This document shows positions 1 to 8,147 of a stretch of 64,000 nucleotides of DNA, piece by piece. Under the pieces are notes generated by a model. It searched no databases. It worked only from the letters and a program-made list of their open reading frames with translations, and was not told the origin of the DNA. Each line of letters starts with the position of its first letter. Positions within the stretch are counted from its first letter, which is position 1. The translations under genes and the position numbers were made by a program. The DNA is from an uncultured Alphaproteobacteria bacterium (GTDB lineage: Bacteria; Pseudomonadota; Alphaproteobacteria; Caulobacterales; Caulobacteraceae). The stretch covers positions 4,820 to 68,819 of the forward strand of contig CAWHEE010000031.1 of the NCBI GenBank assembly GCA_963828365.1, in the 5' to 3' direction.

Positions 1-18
1 CAAGCGCCAGGAGAACGC

Positions 19-117
19 ATGACCCCCGCCGAAATCATCGCGGCCGCCGGCGCCGCCGTCTCCGGCTCGCTGACGGCCCTGGCGTCCTTGATCTGGGCCC
101 TGCGTGCCCGGCGGTGA
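19..117 (+). CDS. Small single-TM peptide (32 aa, MTPAEIIAAAGAAVSGSLTALASLIWALRARR)
   Basis: AGGAGA Shine-Dalgarno at 9-14, ATG at 19, hydrophobic stretch followed by a basic tail, TGA at 115-117. Below the ORF-track size cutoff. Confidence 0.4.
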   Translation: MTPAEIIAAAGAAVSGSLTALASLIWALRARR

Positions 118-289
118 TGAGTAGCGGGGATGCGCCGAGCGGCCGCCGTTGCGTTGTGGGCGATCGCTTCCTCTCAGCCAAGCCGCTTGGAGAACGGTAC
201 TTCGGTGCGATCCTCGCGTCGAGGCCGGTTTCCGCCTCGACTTCGGCGGCGAAGCGAGCGTGACAAGGCGACCGCTTGGAGTGGCCGCC

Positions 290-498
290 ATGGACGCCGA
301 GACCGCCTTCGAGATCAGCCGCCAGCTCGCCAGCGTGATCGGCGAGATCATGGAGGATAGCATCCCGCTGGCTTTGACGCCGCCGAAGGGGCGCCCTGGC
401 CCATCCTCTTGGGGAATGCCGGCCGGGATATCGCCGCTCTGGCGGCGGCGATCGGGGTGATCCTGCGCCGCGCGGACAACGCGCGCGAGGTCGATTAG
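290..498 (+). CDS. Small hypothetical protein (MDAETAFEISRQLASVIGEIMEDSIPLAL...), probably with a frameshift
   Basis: GGAG upstream of the ATG at 290; protein-like helical N-terminus. The 3' end is uncertain. Confidence 0.3.
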
Positions 499-648
499 CT
501 CGTCTATGTCGGCATGAACCGCTCGACTTCGCGCGCGAAGAGAGCGTTGGTCGCCCGTCCTTGGGGAGACGCCCGGCCGCGGTCCGGGCTCGCGCTGGTA
601 GGGGCCGCGGCAGGGGGTCGCGGGGCCCGCCAGCAAGCGGACCAGACC

Positions 649-1169
649 ATGACCAAACTTTCCGACGCCCAGACCGCCATTCTCGCGGCCTCGGCGGCCT
701 CCGAGGACGCCACCACCAGCGCGCCGGCCAACGCCGAGAGCTTCGTCGCCGGCCTGATCAACCGCGGTCTGATCATCGCCATACCCCAGAGCGAGGGGCC
801 CAGCCGCCTGATGATCACGGAGGCCGGTCGAGCGGCCATCGCCCCCCGCCGCCGGAACCAGCGGACGTTGGCCCGCCGACAGCGACGCTGGACGACCGCG
901 ACGGCTGAACCTGGAGACCCGCCGCTGGACGCGAAGCCTCCAGTGACGGACCCCGCCTCGCCCAAGGGCAAGGTCGGCGTGCTGTTGGGGCTGCTGCGCC
1001 AGGAGGGCGGAACCACGGTGGAGGCGATGATGGCCGCGACCGGCTGGCAGGCCCACTCGGTGCGCGGCGCCTGTCCGGGGCGATCAAGAAGGAGCCTGGG
1101 CCTCGAGGTCGCGTCGGAGAAGACCGACGGCGGCGCGGATCTACCGCATCGTCGAGCGCGGCGGCATGA
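649..1169 (+). CDS. DUF3489-family protein (indels in assembly)
   Basis: MTKLSDAQTAILAA N-terminus and KGKVGVLLGLLRQEGGTTVEAMMAATGWQAHSVRGA...GAIKKELGLEVASEK motif typical of DUF3489. Confidence 0.8.
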
Positions 1170-1577
1170 CCGCCGGCGGCTGTCACCGAAGAGGTCCGGG
1201 CGCTGGAGGCGCCTGGACCTCGAAGGCCTGCGGGCGGAGTGGCGGCGGCGCTTCGGGCCGCCGCCCAAGCTGCGCTCGCCCGAGCTGCTGCGCCTGGCCC
1301 TGGCCTGGCGCATCCAGGCCGAGGCGCTGGGCGGCCTCGATGCGCCGACCCGCCGGCGCCTGCGCGACGCGGGCCGCCGCCGGAGCCCGGCGACGACGCT
1401 CGGCGGTGGGACGCGCATCACGCGGGAGTGGCAGGGCGAGACGCCACGAGGTGGAGCCTGGAGGCGGCTCGTCTAGCGGGAGGACGCTACGCCAGCCTCT
1501 CGGCAGTCGGCCCGCGCGATCACCGGGGTCAAGCGCAACGGGCCGCGCTTCTTCGGCCTGCGAGGCCGGGCAGATGG
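1166..1577 (+). CDS. DUF2924-family protein (indels in assembly; end approximate)
   Basis: LDLEGLRAEWRRRFGPPPKLRSPELLRLALAWRIQAEALGGL...GTRITREWQG...YASLSAV...ITGVKRNGPRFFGL pieced together across frames. Confidence 0.8.
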
Positions 1578-3260
1578 CCAGACGCACCAGCGAAGCTGCG
1601 CTGCGCCATCTACACCCGCAAGTCCTCCGAGGAGGGCCTGGAGCAGGCCTTCAACTGCCTGCACGCCCAGCGGGAGGCCTGCGAGGCCTATGTGCAGAGC
1701 CAGGCCGGCGAGGGCTGGGCGCTGATCAGACCGCCTACGACGATGGCGGCTTCTCCGGCGGCTCGATGGAGCGGCCGGCGCTGGAGCGCGCTGCTGGCCG
1801 ACATCGGCCGCGGGCCGGATCGACGTGGTGGTGGTCTACAAGGTCGACCGCCTGACCCGATCGCTGGCCGACTTCGCCAGATCGTCGAGGCCTTCGACGC
1901 GAAGGGCGTCTCTTCGTCTCGGTGACCCAGGCGTTCAACACCACCACCTCGCATGGGCCGGCTGACCCTCAACGTCCTGCTCTCCTTCGCCCAGTTCGAG
2001 CGCGAGGTCACCGGCGAGCGCATCCGCGACAAGATCGCCGCCTCCAAAGCGAAGGGCATGTGGATGGGCGGCGTCCCGCCGCTGGGCTACGACCCGCCCA
2101 CCGATCCCCAACCCGCGCCCTGGTGGTCAATGCCGGCCGAGGCCGAGACGGTGCGGCTGATCTTCCAGCGCTATCTGCGACTCGGCTCGGTCGCACGCGC
2201 TGGAGGCTGTGGCTGGAGGACGAGGGGCGTGCGCTCCAAGGCCTGGGTCTCGCGCCAAGGGGCAACGCCGACGGGGGGCTGCGCCTTCAGCCGCGGCGCG
2301 CTCTTCCACCTGCTTGCAGCAACCGCCACTACCTCGGCGAGATCCCCCACAAGGGCGCTGACCTATCCCGGCGCCCATCCGGCCATCGTCGAGCGCCGAA
2401 CTGTTCGAGGCCGTCCAGGCCCAGCTCGCCAGCCAGGTCCGCCGCCACGCGCGGCCGGCCCAAGCGCGTCGCGACCATGGCGCTCAAGGGCCTGATCTTC
2501 GACGCCGAGGGCCAGCCGATGAGCCCGACCTTCACCCATAAGGGCGCCGGCAAACTCTATCGCTACTACGTGTCCTCGCCGCTGCTCAAAGGCCAAAAGC
2601 GGAACAAAGCGCTCCACCACGCCGCGCCGCGTGCCGGCCCCCGCCATCGAAGAGGTGGTCGCCGGCTGTTTGCAGCGCCTGTCGGACTCTGGCGTCGACA
2701 CCCGCCTGGCTCTCCTCCGGGTCGAGGTGCATCCGGCGACGATCCAGCTGGTGATCGACGTCGCGGCGTTCTTCCCCAAGGCCAGCGATCCGGTCAGCCA
2801 GATCGAGGCGCTCGCCGAACGGCTGGGCGACCAAGGACGCATTCTCACCGAGCCGCGGGCCTCCGAGGAGAGCGCGCCCCGACACCCCGCGCGCATCACC
2901 CTGGTGCGCCGCATCGGCAAGACCAGCGGGCGGGTGCGGATCACCGATGGCGAGGGGCGTCACACCTCCACCAAGGGCAATCTCGACGCCGCCCTGGTCG
3001 GCGCCCTCCTGGGCGCGCATCAATCCTTGCGCGGCTCGCAGGCGGGCCGATCGCTGGGCGCCGAGCATCTGGCGACCGAGGCGGCGCCGAAAAGTCCCTA
3101 TCAGCGCAACCTCGCCCGCCTCGCCTTCCTCGCTCCCGACATCCAGAAGCTGATCCTCGAAGGGCGCCAGCCCGCAACCCTCACCATCGGCGCGCTGCGC
3201 CAACGCACAATTCCTTGCGCCTGGGACGAGCAGCGGCGCCTGTTCGACATTCCCTGCTGA
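1574..3260 (+). CDS. Large serine recombinase (resolvase plus recombinase domains), multiple indels
   Basis: LRCAIYTRKSSEEGLEQAFN, VVVYKVDRLTRSL, MGRLTLNVLLSFAQFEREVTGERIRDKIAASKAKGMWMGGVPPLGYD, YRYYVS, and C-terminal LARLAFLAPDIQKLILEGRQP...WDEQRRLF. Confidence 0.9.
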
Positions 3261-3652
3261 TCGGCCTTTTCCGCAGCCAACCGTGTCCCGTCGGCGCGCA
3301 ATATTTTTTGCATTTGGGCCAATCCGCACGCATGTTTTATTGCGTCGGGCCGCGCCGGCCGCCGAGGGAAGAATTCCCTGCTGATCGGGCCGCTCGCCTC
3401 CGCTCCCGATTGCCTGCAAGGGGCTCATCAATTCCCTGCTCGTCCGCAAATATTCCCTGCTCGGCCCAAGTAGGGAATCGGCCTTTTCGCGGCCCTAACT
3501 AGCTGAAAAGCCGGACCTAATCGATCACCTCCAACTCCGCCGAGGGCCTTTGGGAGATCGAAATCGAGTAATTTCCCTGCAAATTACCCTGCAACAGGGA
3601 AACTCACCTGGGACGCGGACGCGCGGAGACGGCGAGAAGGAAAACAGGGAAT
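3249..3652. repeat. Cluster of TTCCCTG(C) / CAGGGAA motifs in both orientations
   Basis: ATTCCCTGCTGATCGG at 3249 and 3373; ATTCCCTGCT at 3431 and 3452; TTTCCCTGCA at 3572; TTACCCTGCAACAGGGAA at 3584-3601; AACAGGGAAT at 3643; AGGGAAT at 3472. Confidence 0.8.
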
Positions 3653-3769
3653 CGGAGTCCCTTTGTAGTGCACTTCCAATACAGAAATGAGCGTTCGGGG
3701 TATTAATGTCCGGCAAAGTCACTGCCTTACATTTCTCCGCGCATACTTAGTCTGTGCAGTATAAGAGCT

Positions 3770-3859
3770 TGGCGGTGAGAGAGGGATTCGAACCCTCGTT
3801 AGGGTTTCCCCTAAACACGCTTTCCAAGCGTGCGCCTTCAACCACTCGGCCACCTCACC
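3770..3859 (-). tRNA. tRNA-Ser(GGA)
   Basis: Reverse complement GGTGAGGTGGCCGAGTGGTTGAAGGCGCACGCTTGGAAAGCGTG...GGTTCGAATCCCTCTCTCACCGCCA; 90 nt, long variable arm, GGA anticodon, encoded CCA. Confidence 0.97.
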
Positions 3860-3933
3860 TCGCGCGCGGGCGGGCAGGGCCCGGGCGGCGGAAGGCGGCG
3901 AATATACGCATCGAAGGGCGGGGAGCAAGCGCG

Positions 3934-3961
3934 CGTGAAATCGGCGTGGTTTTCCCTATAT
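3934..3961 (+). promoter_or_regulatory. Putative RpoH (sigma32)-type promoter for msrA
   Basis: CGTGAA-N15-CCTATAT, close to the alphaproteobacterial CTTGAA...CCTATAT consensus, 30 bp upstream of the msrA ATG. Confidence 0.45.
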
Positions 3962-3990
3962 TGGACGCACCCCCATGAGGAGATCCGCCG

Positions 3991-4644
3991 ATGTCGTTCT
4001 TCCGCAAACCCGCCGAGTTGCCGACCGCGGCCACCGCCCTGCCCGGCCGCGCCGCCGCCATCGCGACCTCGGAACGCTCCTTCGTCAACGACCGGCCGCT
4101 GAAGGGCCCCTACCCCGAGGGCCTGGAGATCGCCTATTTCGCCATGGGCTGCTTCTGGGGCGTCGAGCGGAAGTTCTGGCAGACGCCCGGCGTCTGGGTC
4201 ACGGCGGTCGGCTACATGGGCGGGGCGACGCCCAATCCGACCTATGAGGAGATCTGCAGCGGCCGCACCGGCCATACCGAGGCGGTGCAGGTGGTCTTCG
4301 ATCCCGGGCAGATCACCTATGAGGCGCTGCTGAAGCTGTTCTGGGAAGGCCACGATCCGACCCAGGGCATGCGCCAGGGCAACGACATGGGCACGCAGTA
4401 CCGCTCCGCCATCTACACCACCTCGCCTGCCCAGGCCGCCGCCGCCGCGGCCTCGCGCCAGACCTATCAGGGCGCGCTGACGGCGGCCCGGCGCGGGACG
4501 ATCACCACCGAGATCGCGCCGGCCGGGACGTTCTATTTCGCCGAGGACTACCACCAGCAGTATTTGGCCAAGAACCCCAACGGCTATTGCGGCATCGGCG
4601 GCACCGGCGTCGTCTGCCCGATCGGACTCGGCGTCGAGGCGTGA
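3991..4644 (+). CDS. msrA: Peptide-methionine (S)-S-oxide reductase
   Basis: GCFWGVE catalytic motif, [29 protein letters not shown]. Confidence 0.97.
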   Translation: MSFFRKPAELPTAATALPGRAAAIATSERSFVNDRPLKGPYPEGLEIAYFAMGCFWGVERKFWQTPGVWVTAVGYMGGATPNPTYEEICSGRTGHTEAVQVVFDPGQITYEALLKLFWEGHDPTQGMRQGNDMGTQYRSAIYTTSPAQAAAAAASRQTYQGALTAARRGTITTEIAPAGTFYFAEDYHQQYLAKNPNGYCGIGGTGVVCPIGLGVEA

Positions 4645-4982
4645 GTCCCGAGGCCTTCGACGCCGCCTGCCGCGACCTTGTCGCGGTGACCATGGACAGG
4701 CCGTGGGGCGACGATGAGGTCTACAAGGTCGGCGGCCGGATGTTCGCGGTCATCGCCCCCGGCCACGGCTGCTCGATCAAGGTCAGCGACATCGCCTTCG
4801 AGGCCCTGGTGGAAAGCGGCCGGGCTCGCCCGGCGCCCTATCTGGCGCGCGCGAAATGGGTTCGGTTCGACGACCTTGCCGCAGTCGACGACGCGGAAAT
4901 GACCGACTGGCTGGCTACGGCGCATGCGCTGGTGGCCGCGAAACTGACGAAGAAGCTGCGCGCCGAACTGGGCCTCGTCTGA
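4641..4982 (+). CDS. MmcQ/YjbR-family protein
   Basis: GTG start overlaps the msrA stop; [35 protein letters not shown]. Confidence 0.85.
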   Translation: MSPEAFDAACRDLVAVTMDRPWGDDEVYKVGGRMFAVIAPGHGCSIKVSDIAFEALVESGRARPAPYLARAKWVRFDDLAAVDDAEMTDWLATAHALVAAKLTKKLRAELGLV

Positions 4983-5112
4983 TCCTCGACCAGTACGCCC
5001 AGCCGCTGTGTCTCGCGCATGCGAAATACGATCAAGTGGGCGCATTCCCACACCCCTTAATCGGCGATCCGGCCAGTCCGCCGCCACGCGGATCGCGGCG
5101 TAGCCGCAAAAC

Positions 5113-5193
5113 TCTCCACAGATTACGCAGATTAAGCACAGATCGTCCGTCGGCCCCCGCCGCATCTGCGTTCATCTGCGTAATCTGTGGAGA
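5113..5193. repeat. REP-like palindrome with arms built of 9-10 nt CACAGAT/CGCAGAT units
   Basis: Perfect 20-bp inverted repeat TCTCCACAGATTACGCAGAT (5113-5132) / ATCTGCGTAATCTGTGGAGA (5174-5193), with a third inner unit on each arm. Confidence 0.85.
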
Positions 5194-5289
5194 CCCTTGC
5201 CGGCTTCGCCGCCCCCACCGGCCCCCGCCTCTCGAAATGACCCGGCCGGGGCGGGTGAGTGTGGAGGATCCAGAGTCAAAGCTGCTCCC

Positions 5290-5423
5290 GAAAAGGGTGA
5301 CCCGTGTCGATCGGACCGGGGGCGTCTCGCCCCCGCCCGGTCGTGAGAGCGGTCAACGTCTGGCCCGGTCGCACCAATGGCGACGGGGACGTCGCCGGTC
5401 CGATCCCCGGCGAGTCCCCTTTC
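5290..5423. ncRNA. Candidate ~135-nt rod-shaped structured RNA
   Basis: Intergenic nested stems: GAAAAGGG/CCCCTTTC, GATCGGACCGG/CCGGTCCGATC and GGCGTCTC/GGGACGTC (G-U pairs on the + strand). No family confirmed. Confidence 0.4.
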
Positions 5424-5477
5424 CACGCGTTTGGCATAAAATCTTCCCCGCCCCTGGCGCGCCCCCAGAACGCTCGC

Positions 5478-6767
5478 CTAGTCCTCCACCAGCAGGCCCA
5501 GCCGCTGGGTGTCGCGCATGCGCAAAGCCACCAGGCAGGCGATCGCCTGGACGATGGCGACATAGACGAAGAAGCCGCTCTCCCGGCCGGCCTGTTTGAA
5601 CGCCAGCGCCACATATTCCGCCGTGCCGCCGAACACGGCGTTGCCGAGCGCGTACGGCAGCGAGACGCCCAGCGCGCGCACCGGGGTCGGATACAGCTCG
5701 GATTTGACGACCGCGTTGACCGCCGAATAGCCGGCCAGGATCACCACCGCCGCGCTGACCAGGGCCAGGGCGAGGCCGGCGTCCCGCTCCATGGTCAACG
5801 TGGTCATGATCGGCCAGGCCACCAGCGCGCCGCCGCCGAACGAGCCGGCCAGGAGAGCCCGTCGCCCGATCCGGTCGCCGAGCCAGCCGAACAGCGGGAT
5901 CACCACCAGATACACGCCGAGCGACGCGGCGCTGATCTGGGTCGCCACGTCGGCGCTGAAATGCGCCGTGTTGGTGAGGAATTTCTGCATGTAGGTGGTG
6001 TAGCAATAGAAGGCCAGGCCGCCCGCGCCGCTCAGCACGAACACCATCAAGGTCTCTACAGGGTGATGCCGGATCAGGTGCAGGACGCTCGAAGCGCGCC
6101 GCTCGCCGGGCGTTTCGGCGCGGAAGGCTCCGGTCTCCTCGAGACCGCCCTGGATCCAGAACACCACCACCGCCAGCAGCGCGCCGATCACGAACGGCAC
6201 GCGCCAGCCCCAGGAGTCCAGCTGGGCCCGGGTGAGCAGATGCTGCAGGACGATCAGCACGCCCAGCGCGCACAGCTGGCCGGCGATCAGGGTGACGAAC
6301 TGGAACGACGACCACAAGCCGCGCCGCCGCCGCCCGGCCATCTCCGACATGTAGGTGGCGCTGGCCCCGTATTCGCCACCGACGCTCAGGCCCTGCAACA
6401 GGCGGGCGAGGGTGAGGATCACCGGCGCCGCCGGGCCGATGGCCCCATAGCCGGGCGCCAGGGCGACGGCCAGCGAGCCCAGGCACATCAGCGACACCGA
6501 CAGCACCAGCGCCGCCTTGCGGCCCCGGCGGTCGGCATACACGCCCATCAGCCACGCGCCGACCGGACGGGCCAGGAAGCCGACGGCGAACACGGCGGCG
6601 GTCTGCAGCAGCTGCGCGGTCTGGTCGCCCTTGGGGAAGAAGACCTTCGCGAAATACAGCGAGAACGAAGCGTAGGCGAACCAGTCGTACCACTCGACGA
6701 GATTGCCCGCCGAGCCGCCGAGGATCGCCTTCAGTCGCCCGGCCCGGTCTGCCCGCCGCGCGGAATC
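5478..6767 (-). CDS. MFS metabolite:H+ symporter (KgtP/ProP-like); start codon unclear
   Basis: LKAILGGSAGNLVEWYDW, GFLARPVG, ARLLQGLSVGGEYG, KSELYPTPVRALG. The frame is open upstream of the annotated 6593 start up to the DUF983 stop codon. Confidence 0.9.
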   Translation of the reverse strand, partial: DSARRADRAGRLKAILGGSAGNLVEWYDWFAYASFSLYFAKVFFPKGDQTAQLLQTAAVFAVGFLARPVGAWLMGVYADRRGRKAALVLSVSLMCLGSLAVALAPGYGAIGPAAPVILTLARLLQGLSVGGEYGASATYMSEMAGRRRRGLWSSFQFVTLIAGQLCALGVLIVLQHLLTRAQLDSWGWRVPFVIGALLAVVVFWIQGGLEETGAFRAETPGERRASSVLHLIRHHPVETLMVFVLSGAGGLAFYCYTTYMQKFLTNTAHFSADVATQISAASLGVYLVVIPLFGWLGDRIGRRALLAGSFGGGALVAWPIMTTLTMERDAGLALALVSAAVVILAGYSAVNAVVKSELYPTPVRALGVSLPYALGNAVFGGTAEYVALAFKQAGRESGFFVYVAIVQAIACLVALRMRDTQRLGLLVED

Positions 6768-7175
6768 CTAGTCGAACCGGTCGGCGGTGTGCAGGGCGCC
6801 GTCGCTGCGCCTCACTCGAAAGGCATAGAGCGCCCCGATCACCGCGCCCTTGGTGCGCGGCAGCACGGCGAGCGTGATCCCGGTCAGCGGGATCAGCACC
6901 GCCGGCAGGACGAACCAGATCGGCGTCTGCCAGATGAACGGGAACAGCAGCAGCGGCGCGACCACCAGATGGCCGACCAGCAGGATGGTGAAATAGGCCG
7001 GGCCGTCGTCGGACGGATAGCTGTCGAGGTCGAGGCTACACTCCGAACAGGTCGGCGAGACCTTCAGATAGCGGTAGAAGATGTGCCCCGTGCCGCAGTG
7101 CGGGCAGCGACCGCGCAGGCCGCGGCCGAGGGCCTGAATGAGATCGTTGCGCGATTGAGTGGCCATGGGGTGCAT
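6768..7175 (-). CDS. DUF983-family membrane protein
   Basis: RGLRGRCPHCGTGHIF...CSEC...DDGPAYFTILLVGH plus two TM helices. Confidence 0.88.
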   Translation of the reverse strand: MHPMATQSRNDLIQALGRGLRGRCPHCGTGHIFYRYLKVSPTCSECSLDLDSYPSDDGPAYFTILLVGHLVVAPLLLFPFIWQTPIWFVLPAVLIPLTGITLAVLPRTKGAVIGALYAFRVRRSDGALHTADRFD

Positions 7176-7220
7176 ATAGGGCCCCGGTCGAGCGCGAGAA
7201 AGACCTGGCGCGAAGGCGGC

Positions 7221-7995
7221 TCAGCGGGTCTGGCCGCCGTCGACCGGCATCAGCAGGCCGGTGACGAAGCTGGCTGCCGGGCTGAGCAGAAACGCCGCCG
7301 CCGCGCCGATCTCCTCGGGTTTGCCATAGCGTTGCAGCGGCACCTCGCGTTTGATCCAGCGATCCCACGCCGCCGCGCGCGGTCCGGTCGAGTTGGCCTC
7401 CCAGCTGCCGCCGGGAAAAATGATATTGCCCGGCGCGATGGTGTTGACCCGAACATTGGCCGCGCCGGCGAGCTTCGAAAGCTCGCGCGACAGATGGTTC
7501 ATCGCCGCCTTGGCCGTCCCATAGGTCAGCGGCGTGCCGAGCGCATCGACGCCGGCGATCGAACTGATGAACAGCAGCGAGCCTTGCTGGCGCGCGGTCA
7601 TCAGCTTCAGCGCCTTGCGCGCCAGACGATAGGCCGAAGTCCAGATTCTGCGTGAACCCGGCGTCCCAGGTCGCGTCGTCGACATCGAAGCCCGGCGGGC
7701 ATGGATGCAGGCCGACATTGGCCACCGCGCCCCACACCGGCCCGACCTCCGCCTCGACCGCCTCCACGGTCGCATCGATGGTGGCCGTGTCGCGCATGTC
7801 GCCGGCGCGCGCCCAGAGCCGGTCCGCGCCGAATTCCCCGGCCAGCCTGCCCCGGGTCGCCTCCAGCGCCTCCGCGCCCCGCGCGGTGATCGCCAGCCTC
7901 GCCCCCTCGCGCAGGCACGCCTCGACGATGCCGAGCCCGATGCCCCGGCTCCCGCCGGCGACGAAGATGACTTTGTCCTTGAGCTGCAGGTCCAT
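7221..7995 (-). CDS. Short-chain dehydrogenase/reductase (one indel near 7640)
   Basis: MDLQLKDKVIFVAGGSRGIG, YGTAK (YxxxK), VRVNTIAPG, VDGG. Confidence 0.9.
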
Positions 7996-8010
7996 GACCC
8001 TCCCTACCCC

Positions 8011-8056
8011 CCTTCTCCCTCCGGGAGAAGACCGTGCGCGAAGCGCCGGATGAGGG
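8011..8056 (-). repeat. Alphaproteobacterial REP-like element (CCCTCATCCG...CTTCTCCC..GGGAGAAG)
   Basis: Double hairpin; a related copy lies at 14499-14541. Confidence 0.65.
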
Positions 8057-8147
8057 TCCCTCCACCCCACCGGCGCCATTCCACACTCGCATGGGAGGCG
8101 ATCGGGCGCGGATCGTCCGCGCTTCGCCAGGCCCGCCCCCCGGCGCC

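Larger units (their letters stand above)
1..3769. mobile_element. Right end of an integrative element (DUF3489-DUF2924-serine recombinase module) at the 3' end of tRNA-Ser
   Basis: A three-gene integration module ends about 500 bp from the CCA end of a tRNA-Ser. The left boundary lies outside the window. Confidence 0.7.

Noticed and set aside
3249-3652. TTCCCTG cluster as a CRISPR or iteron array
   Set aside because: Units are short, irregularly spaced and in both orientations; no Rep or cas gene is adjacent.
5290-5423. Hairpin as SRP RNA or 6S RNA
   Set aside because: No SRP CAGG...GGAAG..AGCA core, and no sequence or gene context I can match to alphaproteobacterial 6S RNA.
5304-7655. Long antisense or overlapping ORFs (for example 783 aa here, 637 aa at 49307-51220, 563 aa at 55555-57246)
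   Set aside because: Shadow frames of high-GC genes; Arg/Gly/Pro-rich or mirror-codon composition with no recognisable motifs.
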